From Candidatus Heimdallarchaeota archaeon (GTDB lineage Archaea > Asgardarchaeota > Heimdallarchaeia > Heimdallarchaeales > Kariarchaeaceae): 32,000 nucleotides of DNA. The position numbers and the translations under genes are program-made. Where the stretch lies: positions 270,001 to 302,000 of the forward strand of contig JASBSB010000001.1 of the NCBI GenBank assembly GCA_030149205.1, in the 5' to 3' direction. Of this stretch, positions 1 to 8,068 are shown piece by piece (within the stretch, counting starts at the first letter, position 1; every line of letters begins with the position of its first letter). The notes under the pieces were generated by a model that worked only from the letters and a program-made list of their open reading frames with translations, did not search any database and was not told where the DNA came from.

Positions 1-424
1 CTTTGGTAACCTGAACACCTTTCTTTTTCTTTGAAAGGAAAATTTCATCCTCAGGAGGAGGAGCTACTGATTTTTTCTTTTTCTTAGGTGAAACCTTCTT
101 TGGTTTTTCTTCCTTAGCTGGTTCTTCAGAAACCTCTTTTTTAACTTTCTTTTCTACAGATTTCTTAGGCTTTTCTACTGATGGTTCTTTGGAAACCACA
201 TCTGCAGAAGTTTCAGGAACTACCACCTCAAATGCCTTTTCTTCTGTTGAAGAAACTTCTGCGGCATTTTTAATAATTTTTGAAGCTGTAGCTTTCCCGA
301 TGCCTAAATTAATGATATCATCTAGTGTAGCCTTAGCAAGCTTTTCAGCACTTTCAAATCCACCGGACTTAAGTTTGTCACTTGTCTTTGGGCCAACACC
401 CTTTACTTCACTTACATCGGTCAT
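1..424 (-). CDS. Partial gene running off the left edge: N-terminal helix-hairpin-helix (HhH) domain followed by a Lys/Glu/Pro-rich linker; C-terminal domain outside the window
   Basis: Not in ORF track. Hand translation from ATG at 424: MTDVSEVKGVGPKTSDKLKSGGFESAEKLAKATLDDIINLGIGKATASKIIKNA...EPSVEKPKKSVEKKVKKEVSEEPAKEEKPKKVSPKKKKSVAPPPEDEIFLSKKKKGVQVTK, open to the edge. Two HhH motifs (VKGVGPKT, NLGIGKAT). Confidence 0.85.
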   Translation of the reverse strand, partial: MTDVSEVKGVGPKTSDKLKSGGFESAEKLAKATLDDIINLGIGKATASKIIKNAAEVSSTEEKAFEVVVPETSADVVSKEPSVEKPKKSVEKKVKKEVSEEPAKEEKPKKVSPKKKKKSVAPPPEDEIFLSKKKKGVQVTK

Positions 425-492
425 AAGTTCTCTGAAATTTTATTTCACGAGTTTTTTAAAAAAGGTATATTTTGATACGCGCTGTTTGATTG

Positions 493-1203
493 TTATTCTT
501 CACCCAATCTTTCTTTCAAGTTTCTAATTATATCATCATTTCTAACCATTTTTTCCATGAAACTTTGTGACAACTCTCCCTGAATTCTCACGTTATCTTC
601 TCTCTCAGTTTTAAGCGTTTCTTCTAATTCAGAAATTTTCTGTTTTAGTCTCTTTACATCATCCGAGGATCCAACCTGTTGAGAAATTTGCTTCAGAATT
701 GTGTTGATATCTGTACCTTCTGGAAATTTAGCCTGAGCAATCAACTCTAAACTCTTCTTTTCTTGTTGGAAATGGGACTCCATTAACGATCTCTCATCTT
801 TTAATCTCGACTCCAAATCACGGCGAACCGTGGCTTCATTTGCCAATGATTTTTTGAGTTCTCGCACTTCATCTGACAAGGCTTGAACATTTTCTTGCTC
901 AATGGTTAGTGCTCGTCGAGCGCTATCTAATCGACTTTTCAGGTCTTCAATTGAGGCTGCTAAACTGTTATATATCCCAACATAAGAATTTATGTAATCC
1001 CTGATAAGCGGATGTAAAATTTCCCAATACTCATCAATTAAAGCCTCAAGTTCCTTATGTTCAACAGTTACACTGCCTTCTTTGTAAATTGCACGCTTTA
1101 AGGACTCAATATTAGTGTAAGGCTCATGTTCAGGGTAGAAATCAAATAACGATTTATTCTTTTTAGAGCGAAACATTACAAACTGAATTGTGTTTAATAA
1201 CAT
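493..1203 (-). CDS. Hypothetical coiled-coil protein
   Basis: 236-aa ORF with long heptad-like E/K/R/L-rich helices (LAASIEDLKSRLDSARRALTIEQENVQALSDEVRELKKSL; VKRLKQKISELEETLK); no TM segment. Confidence 0.8.
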   Translation of the reverse strand: MLLNTIQFVMFRSKKNKSLFDFYPEHEPYTNIESLKRAIYKEGSVTVEHKELEALIDEYWEILHPLIRDYINSYVGIYNSLAASIEDLKSRLDSARRALTIEQENVQALSDEVRELKKSLANEATVRRDLESRLKDERSLMESHFQQEKKSLELIAQAKFPEGTDINTILKQISQQVGSSDDVKRLKQKISELEETLKTEREDNVRIQGELSQSFMEKMVRNDDIIRNLKERLGEE

Positions 1204-1318
1204 TAAAGGTTTTTGTAAATAGGTGTTAATTTTCTATTATTTCTCTCTCAGTTCTGAAAAATGACAATAACTACAGAAATAATGAAAACCTTTGCTTTAA
1301 TAGAACTTCTTTTTAAGG

Positions 1319-1324
1319 TATAAA
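1319..1324 (+). promoter_or_regulatory. Putative TATA box of lonB
   Basis: TATAAA ending 25 bp before ATG 1350, consistent with a leaderless or short-leader archaeal transcript. Confidence 0.4.
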
Positions 1325-1349
1325 TCTATATATTATTTGAAGGAAACTA

Positions 1350-3293
1350 ATGGAAGATAAAAATCAAGAATCATTATTAGATATAGATTTCCACGATACC
1401 AGTGAGATTGGTGTTCCTCCCAAGCTAGTTGATCAAGTAATCGGACAGGATAAAGCAGTCAGAATAATAAAAAAAGCCGCTTTACAATCTCGTCATGTTT
1501 TACTCATTGGAGACCCAGGAACAGGAAAATCACTCCTAGGTGCAGCAGCTGCAGAATTATTACCTAAAGACACCCTTGAGGATATTCTAGTCGTTCCAAA
1601 CCCAAGCAATGCAAATAACCCTAAGATAGTTACTCTTCCATCCGGAATTGGAAGACAACGAGTGGAGGAAGGTCAAGAGAAAGCTCGAAAACGAGATAGC
1701 ACTCGCACATTGACCTTGTTTCTTGTTGCTCTTTCAATCCCTCTTATCTTTGGATTTGCAACAGGTTGGAGAGACGCAACAGTAATTTTATTCTCTATTA
1801 TAGCAGCTTTGCTAATTTTTCTTGTATTTGGAGGAATGTTAAGAGGAAGGAGTGAAATCCTGGTACCAAAGTTACTAGTTGACACAGAATCAATGACCAC
1901 TGCCCCATTTATTGATGCAACTGGAGCTCACAGTGGAGCATTATTGGGGGATGTTAGACATGACCCATTTCAATCTGGAGGCTTAGGAACGCCCCCACAT
2001 GAGCGTGTGGAAGTTGGTCTGATTCATAAGGCCAACAAAGGTATACTTTACATTGATGAAGTTGGCACTTTGAATATTCGAACCCAACAAAAATTACTTA
2101 CTGCTCTGCAGGAGAAAAAGTTTCAAATTACAGGTCAAAGTGAACTGTCTTCTGGAGCTATGGTTAGAACTGACCCCGTGCCATGTAACTTCATATTGAT
2201 AGCAGCAGGAAATCAAGAGACTATCAGAAATCTTCATCCTGCACTTAGATCAAGAATTCGAGGGCAAGGATATGAAATAGTGATGGAAATCACGATGGAA
2301 GACTCAATGGCTAACAGACGAAAACTTGCTAGATTTGTGTCTCAGGAAGTAGCAAAAGATCACAAAATCCCTCATTTCACTAAAAAGGCAGTTGAAGAAA
2401 TTATATATGAGGCTCAAAGAAGAAGTGGAAGACCAAATTCATTGACACTGCTCCTTAGAGATTTGGGTGGACTAATTAGAACAGCAGGTGACCTAGCTAT
2501 AGAGAGAAACAAAGTGTTGGTTACTGAAGTAGAAGTAATAGATGCAAAGAAGTTAGCGTTGACATTGGAAGGACAAATGAGTCTTCAAACACTTCAAATT
2601 AGGCAAGATTACAATTTAATTCAAATTAACCCTGATGGTGAAGTTGGAAGAGTTAATGGACTTGCAGTATACGGGAAATCCTCCGGAACTGTCACTCCTA
2701 TAGAAGCTGCGATTACACCAGCCCTATCACCTGGATCAGGAAAAATTTATGCAACTGGTCAACTTAGGGTAATCGCCAGAGAATCAGTGCAAAACATTTC
2801 TGCTTTAATTAAAACATACCTTGGAAAAGATATCTCAAATCATGATATACACATACAATTTGTTGGTACCTATGGGGTTGACGGAGATTCTGCGTCGATT
2901 ACTATAGCAACAGCAATTGTTTCTGCAATAGAAAATGCACCTGTTAGACAAGACACTGCCATGACTGGGTCACTTAGTGTTAGAGGAAAAGTTCTTCCTA
3001 TCGGAGGTGCCACATACAAAGCAGAAGCTGCTGCGAGAATTGGAATTTCTAGAGTAATCGTTCCAAAACTCAATTTAAAAGACTTAAAACTTGATGCAGA
3101 ATATCAGGGGAAAATCAAAATTATCCCAGTAGAAACCTTCTCTGACGTATTAAAAGAGGCTTTGGTTCCAGAGTTCGAATATATTGCGGAAAAATTCACC
3201 CAGTCTTTTGATAGAAAGAATCATGAGATAATCGAAGAAGATTTATTTGTAGTTACCAAAAAAGATCATAATAAAGGTGGAATCCCGTTTTAG
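1350..3293 (+). CDS. lonB: Archaeal membrane-anchored ATP-dependent Lon protease (LonB)
   Basis: Walker A GDPGTGKS, two TM helices inserted in the AAA+ domain, Walker B ILYIDE, LRSRIRGQGYE, catalytic Ser in GVDGDSAS and downstream Lys (TYKAEAA). Confidence 0.97.
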   Translation: MEDKNQESLLDIDFHDTSEIGVPPKLVDQVIGQDKAVRIIKKAALQSRHVLLIGDPGTGKSLLGAAAAELLPKDTLEDILVVPNPSNANNPKIVTLPSGIGRQRVEEGQEKARKRDSTRTLTLFLVALSIPLIFGFATGWRDATVILFSIIAALLIFLVFGGMLRGRSEILVPKLLVDTESMTTAPFIDATGAHSGALLGDVRHDPFQSGGLGTPPHERVEVGLIHKANKGILYIDEVGTLNIRTQQKLLTALQEKKFQITGQSELSSGAMVRTDPVPCNFILIAAGNQETIRNLHPALRSRIRGQGYEIVMEITMEDSMANRRKLARFVSQEVAKDHKIPHFTKKAVEEIIYEAQRRSGRPNSLTLLLRDLGGLIRTAGDLAIERNKVLVTEVEVIDAKKLALTLEGQMSLQTLQIRQDYNLIQINPDGEVGRVNGLAVYGKSSGTVTPIEAAITPALSPGSGKIYATGQLRVIARESVQNISALIKTYLGKDISNHDIHIQFVGTYGVDGDSASITIATAIVSAIENAPVRQDTAMTGSLSVRGKVLPIGGATYKAEAAARIGISRVIVPKLNLKDLKLDAEYQGKIKIIPVETFSDVLKEALVPEFEYIAEKFTQSFDRKNHEIIEEDLFVVTKKDHNKGGIPF

Positions 3294-3297
3294 AAAA

Positions 3298-3624
3298 ATG
3301 AGCCTGATTGGTTATTACTACGAAACATTCGTACTATCTGGAATAGTTATTGATGATGAAGAAGTTGAATTTGAGGACTTAGATGTGAGAACTTACTTTA
3401 CCTCTTCTGAATTGGTAAAGATCCAACCCAACAGGGATCCAGTGCTAGAGTTAGATTATTTAGGACTCAGTGATGATGTGGAATTCTTATTTACCTTTAA
3501 ATCATCTTGGGAGGATAGAAGCAGTGACATTCAAGACTATCTTGATCAGGTACAGGAGGAGATTGAGAATCAATTACCAGTACAAATTACGGATGCAGAA
3601 TGGGTTCGAAGAGTCCCAATATAA
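3298..3624 (+). CDS. Small, highly acidic hypothetical protein, probably co-transcribed with lonB
   Basis: ATG 3298 lies 4 bp after the lonB stop (ORF track extends to 3277); 26 Asp/Glu versus 7 Lys/Arg in 108 aa. Confidence 0.75.
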   Translation: MSLIGYYYETFVLSGIVIDDEEVEFEDLDVRTYFTSSELVKIQPNRDPVLELDYLGLSDDVEFLFTFKSSWEDRSSDIQDYLDQVQEEIENQLPVQITDAEWVRRVPI

Positions 3625-3684
3625 TTTACTTGTAAATCAATTAGATCCGGTATGATAAATTTATTCAATTGATTTGTATCTTTC

Positions 3685-4614
3685 TTATAATAAGGTTTTA
3701 GCCTCTTCAATTCCTTTTTTAACTGAGGTAAGTGAAACATTTAAGGCAGCTTTTTCCTTCTCACTCATTGGGACTTCGAGTATTTCTTCGACACCATTTT
3801 TACCCAAGATTGCAGGAACACCTGCATAAATGTCACTGAATCCATATTGACCAGTTAGATAAGAAACCGCAGGCAAAACCCTTCTTTGATTCCTGAGAAC
3901 TGATTTAACCATCTCACCTGCTGCAATACCCGGAGCATAATATCCGGAATAGCCCAATATGTTAACTATCTCACCTCCACCCTTTCGAGTTCTTTCAACT
4001 ATACTTGCCAGCTTTTCTTCAGAGACGAAATGGCTGATTGGTACACCATTAACAGTAGTGGAGCTGGTTAAGGGAACCATTGCATCACCATGTCCACCGA
4101 GAACCATGGCTGAGATATCTTTAGCAGATACTTTAGCCTCCATTGACAAAAACGTTCGATACCTAGCGGTGTCCAGAACACCTGCCATACCAAAAACTCT
4201 TTCTGGATTAAAGCCACTGATCTTCATTGCACTGTATGTCATTACATCAACAGGGTTCGCAATGTAGAGTATCATAGCATCTGGAGCGTATTCCTTGATG
4301 TTACCTACAACAGATTTACAAATGTTTAGATTTACTTTAAGTAAATCCATTCTATCCATGCCTGGCTTACGAGGAGACCCAGCAGGAACAACAACCATAT
4401 CTGCACCTTCGATAATTGAGGGATCAGTTGATCCACTTAATTTTGTATCTGAATACAAGACTGGTGTTGCTTCATACATGTCTAATGCCTTACCCTCAGC
4501 AACTCCTTTAATGATATCATGTAGTACGATTTCATTTGCAACTTCAGATTGTACTAAGCCGAAAGCAACTAACTCTCCAACTTTTCCAGCGCCTATTACT
4601 GCAACTTTGGTCAT
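3685..4614 (-). CDS. mdh: Malate dehydrogenase (LDH-like MDH family)
   Basis: GAGKVG Rossmann motif, GSPRKPGMDRMDLL substrate loop with Arg specificity, ANPVD, GVLDTAR, catalytic GGHGD; GGTGT SD-like motif 7 nt upstream. Confidence 0.95.
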   Translation of the reverse strand: MTKVAVIGAGKVGELVAFGLVQSEVANEIVLHDIIKGVAEGKALDMYEATPVLYSDTKLSGSTDPSIIEGADMVVVPAGSPRKPGMDRMDLLKVNLNICKSVVGNIKEYAPDAMILYIANPVDVMTYSAMKISGFNPERVFGMAGVLDTARYRTFLSMEAKVSAKDISAMVLGGHGDAMVPLTSSTTVNGVPISHFVSEEKLASIVERTRKGGGEIVNILGYSGYYAPGIAAGEMVKSVLRNQRRVLPAVSYLTGQYGFSDIYAGVPAILGKNGVEEILEVPMSEKEKAALNVSLTSVKKGIEEAKTLL

Positions 4615-4826
4615 AATTTATACACCGAAGGAATATTAATCCAATTATTCTTAAGCTATTACGAACTGACCATATTTTTTTGATTAAATACGAACAAAAG
4701 TTTGTGTTACTTCAAAAATTGGTGATTTTGTCCATCCTTACTTTTCTAATTTCCATTAACCACTTGAATATTAATTCTCACTCAAATTGTTTTGAATTGC
4801 TTTATTAATGTGGAATATCAAAGGAA

Positions 4827-5912
4827 TTGAGAATGTATAGGGATAAAGTCATTTCAACGATGATGTTCTTAATTTGCTTAACCTTCCTGTTGAATCCGAG
4901 TTTTGCACTCACCAGACAAGATGGTGTGGATAGGTTTTTACAGGATACGAGGACCTCTATCTCTGGATACTCTCCCACAATATCAGGTGAAATCACAATA
5001 AAAGCAACTACAGAGGCATTGGAGATATCAACATTGCTAGGATTACCTGTGAATAACACCTTAGGTATTCTTCTACATTACCAAGACTCTCAAAATTCAG
5101 ATGGAGGATTTCACAATCAAACATCAAAAAGCTCAAATTGGCAGGTTACATATTATGCAGCTTTAGGTTTACAGTATCTTGGACTAAATTCAACCAGAAT
5201 AAGCAATTGGGGAATATTCGAATACACAAACTCTACTGCTACATCTCTACTCTACAACAATGTTACCGTGGGAAACAGCTCAAAGCTTGAGATAAAACCC
5301 TTATCTACCTCCATAATGAAAAGTTGGTACGAATATATTAAGATGAATATTCTACTTGGAAGACTTCCTACAATTCCTTTTCAAGAGCTATCAAACTCTT
5401 TGAAAGCACTCCAGTACAAAAATGGTTCTTACTTAAATTTTCAGACGGCTATTTGGAGCAATCTAGTACTTAACTCCTTAAATGTAAAGCCTCGAGACGC
5501 ATTAGCTGTTGGCGAGTATATTCGAGCATTTCAAAATTCAACAACAGGAGGGTTTTCAAACAAAATTAATGGTTCTGAAACTCTACAATCTAGCTATCTT
5601 GCACTCTTAGCCTTGAGTTCACTAAACCAATTAAAGTCTCTAGATCACAAAAAGGAGTTAACAACATTTATTATAAACCTCCAAGAACCTAGGTCTGGAT
5701 TTAAAGATACAACCAGTCAAAAAGTAAACATGGAAGATACATGGTACGCAATCCAATCTTTACTGTTATTAAATAAACTAACTGAACTAAGTGCGCCAGA
5801 GGTATTACTAACTCAGGGATTTGTTCCCTATCAGATACTTGGAATTTCAGGAATCTTCATAATTCCAATATTTAAAAAAATAAGAAAAATTAAATCTTCA
5901 AATTACCTTTAA
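4827..5912 (+). CDS. Secreted or membrane-anchored protein with prenyltransferase/squalene-oxidase-like repeats
   Basis: N-terminal signal peptide (MMFLICLTFLLNPSFA); repeats SQNSDGGF, FQNSTTGGF, LQEPRSGF each followed by T/S-Y/W-Y-A helices; C-terminal hydrophobic stretch then KKIRKIK; 9 N-x-S/T sequons. Confidence 0.75.
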   Translation: MRMYRDKVISTMMFLICLTFLLNPSFALTRQDGVDRFLQDTRTSISGYSPTISGEITIKATTEALEISTLLGLPVNNTLGILLHYQDSQNSDGGFHNQTSKSSNWQVTYYAALGLQYLGLNSTRISNWGIFEYTNSTATSLLYNNVTVGNSSKLEIKPLSTSIMKSWYEYIKMNILLGRLPTIPFQELSNSLKALQYKNGSYLNFQTAIWSNLVLNSLNVKPRDALAVGEYIRAFQNSTTGGFSNKINGSETLQSSYLALLALSSLNQLKSLDHKKELTTFIINLQEPRSGFKDTTSQKVNMEDTWYAIQSLLLLNKLTELSAPEVLLTQGFVPYQILGISGIFIIPIFKKIRKIKSSNYL

Positions 5913-6065
5913 TCCTTTTAGCCCATAATAAATGATAAAGATAACGAGAAGCAATCCTCCTAGCTTTATGAATGACTCACTTCGGTGAATGTCTTCGACT
6001 TGCTTATCATCACTTAACATTTTATTGGTTGGATCCTCAGATACGTTCTTAGATGGTTCTTCCAT
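5898..6065 (-). CDS. Small single-pass membrane protein (55 aa), not in ORF track
   Basis: Hand translation MEEPSKNVSEDPTNKMLSDDKQVEDIHRSESFIKLGGLLLVIFIIYYGLKGLKVI*; acidic N-terminus plus one TM helix; fills an otherwise empty gap. Confidence 0.65.
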   Translation of the reverse strand: MEEPSKNVSEDPTNKMLSDDKQVEDIHRSESFIKLGGLLLVIFIIYYGLKGLKVI

Positions 6066-6179
6066 ATATTAGTGCTGAGTCTTATGTATATAGTTTTTAT
6101 TGTATAATATGGTAGAAAAAACAAGATTTTTTCAAAAAAGAACATATTCTTTGTAAATTATATTAATCATTTTAAAAAG

Positions 6180-7445
6180 ATGTATGACCATATATTTATG
6201 CAAAAAATCAAGGTAGAAAACCCAGTAGTTGAACTTGATGGAGACGAGATGACTCGAATTATTTGGGCCTGGATAAAAGAAAGATTAATTTTACCCTATT
6301 TAGATATAGACCTCAAATATTATGACCTTGGAATTGAACACAGAGACGAAACAAATGATCTTGTGACCATTGAAGCTGCTGAAGCAATCAGAAAGTACAA
6401 TGTCGGTGTTAAATGTGCTACAATAACTCCAGATGAAGCTAGAGTAGAAGAATTTAACCTTAAAAAAATGTGGAAGAGCCCCAATGGAACAATTCGAAAC
6501 ATTCTCGGAGGAACTATTTTTAGAGCCCCAATTGTTGTTTCAAATATCCCTAGGTTGGTTCCAGCTTGGAAGAAACCCATTATTATGGGTAGACATGCAC
6601 ATGCTGATCAATATAAAGCAACCGATATTTTGATAAAAGAAAAGGGAACTCTGAAGTTGGTCTTCCAGAACGAAAAAGGTGAAACAAAAGAATGGGAAGT
6701 GGCAGAATATCCAGCGCATGGTGGTGTTGCTATGGGAATGTTCAACTTTGATGACAGCATTCGAGACTTTGCAAGGGCAAGTATGCAAGTAGCATTAGAG
6801 GAAAATTATCCCCTATATTTATCCACGAAAAATACCATTTTGAAGGTGTATGATGGGCGCTTTAAAGACCTGTTTCAGGAAATTTATGAAACAGAATTCA
6901 AAGACAAGTTTGATGCCAAGGGCCTAACTTATGAACACAGATTGATTGATGATATGGTAGCTCAAGTTCTGAAATGGGATGGTGGATTTGTTTGGGCATT
7001 AAAGAACTATGATGGTGATGTTCAATCTGACACTGTTGCACAAGGCTTTGGTTCTCTTGGGTTGATGACCTCAAAACTGGTATGTCCGGATGGAAAAACA
7101 GTTGAGGCTGAGGCTGCACACGGTACAGTAACACGTCATTACAGGCAATACCTGAAGGGAGAGGAAACCTCCACAAACCCAATTGCGTCTATTTTTGCCT
7201 GGACCATCGGGTTGGAGCACCGTGGTAAATTAGATAACAATGAGAAATTAATTCAGTTTGCTCGTACACTTGAAGAAGTTTGTGTAAAGGCAATTGAAGA
7301 TGGTGCAATGACCAAAGATCTGGCAAGATCAGTTTATGATACTCTGAACCCACCAAGAGATAAATGGATGACGACTGAGGAGTTCATGGACAAATTAGAC
7401 TCTGAACTTAAGAAAGCTGTAAATGAGAAGAATCTTCTTGAATAA
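6180..7445 (+). CDS. icd: NADP-dependent isocitrate dehydrogenase, type II (IDH1/IDH2-like family)
   Basis: [63 protein letters not shown]; true start may be ATG 6198. Confidence 0.97.
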   Translation: MYDHIFMQKIKVENPVVELDGDEMTRIIWAWIKERLILPYLDIDLKYYDLGIEHRDETNDLVTIEAAEAIRKYNVGVKCATITPDEARVEEFNLKKMWKSPNGTIRNILGGTIFRAPIVVSNIPRLVPAWKKPIIMGRHAHADQYKATDILIKEKGTLKLVFQNEKGETKEWEVAEYPAHGGVAMGMFNFDDSIRDFARASMQVALEENYPLYLSTKNTILKVYDGRFKDLFQEIYETEFKDKFDAKGLTYEHRLIDDMVAQVLKWDGGFVWALKNYDGDVQSDTVAQGFGSLGLMTSKLVCPDGKTVEAEAAHGTVTRHYRQYLKGEETSTNPIASIFAWTIGLEHRGKLDNNEKLIQFARTLEEVCVKAIEDGAMTKDLARSVYDTLNPPRDKWMTTEEFMDKLDSELKKAVNEKNLLE

Positions 7446-7498
7446 GATGCATAAATATTAAGAAAACTGAAGTTAGATTCACCCCTCTTTAGAGGATA

Positions 7499-7506
7499 TT
7501 TTATAC
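7499..7506 (+). promoter_or_regulatory. Putative TATA box of the CYTH gene
   Basis: TTTTATAC about 23 bp before ATG 7529. Confidence 0.4.
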
Positions 7507-7528
7507 AATATGTTCTGAATTTTAAGTA

Positions 7529-8068
7529 ATGACATACGAAGTTGAGATAAAACTTCCTCTCCCAGATGACACTAATATTATAAGTAAACTTGAAAAATTG
7601 GGATTTCAGCTTGAGGGAAAAAAACATCAGATAGATGATTATTACAACAGCCCTAAAGTTAATTTTGCTCAGTCTGATGAGGCACTTCGTTTGCGCCATG
7701 ATATTATTTCTTCTAAGACATTTATCACATACAAAGGTCCGAAATTAAAGGGAGACGCTAAAATTCGTGTTGAGGAGGAAACTGAAATCTCAAATGCAAA
7801 TACCATGGGGAAAATATTAGAGCATCTGGGATTTCCCAAAGTTGATACGGTTGAAAAAGAAAGAACAATTTTGGTGAAGGAAAATTTCACAATCTCATTG
7901 GACAGGGTAAAATATTTGGGAGATTTCATTGAACTTGAAGCTATCACTGATGAAGAGAGCAAAATTAATGAGTCAATTAATTCATTAAAATTAATTATTT
8001 CCGCCCTAGATCTTGATATCACAACTCAAATAAAAACAAGTTATCTTGAACTATTATTAGAACGTTAG
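7529..8068 (+). CDS. cyaB: CYTH family protein (class IV adenylate cyclase / triphosphate tunnel metalloenzyme)
   Basis: N-terminal EVEIK (ExExK), QIDDYY, ALRLR, ITYKGP, RVEEE, VEKER, LGDFIELE motifs. Actual substrate not determinable from sequence. Confidence 0.9.
   Translation: MTYEVEIKLPLPDDTNIISKLEKLGFQLEGKKHQIDDYYNSPKVNFAQSDEALRLRHDIISSKTFITYKGPKLKGDAKIRVEEETEISNANTMGKILEHLGFPKVDTVEKERTILVKENFTISLDRVKYLGDFIELEAITDEESKINESINSLKLIISALDLDITTQIKTSYLELLLER

Noticed and set aside
452-463. T6A6 palindrome and other homopolymer runs (16311-16318, around 27960 and 28000) as phase-variation sites
   Set aside because: All intergenic and expected in AT-rich DNA; no disrupted reading frame is associated with them.
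189-527. Plus-strand 112-aa ORF from the track
   Set aside because: Antisense shadow of the HhH gene; Ser/Phe/Leu-rich composition typical of a reverse frame.
3277-3297. ORF-track start of the acidic protein inside lonB
   Set aside because: ATG 3298 just after the lonB stop is more plausible.
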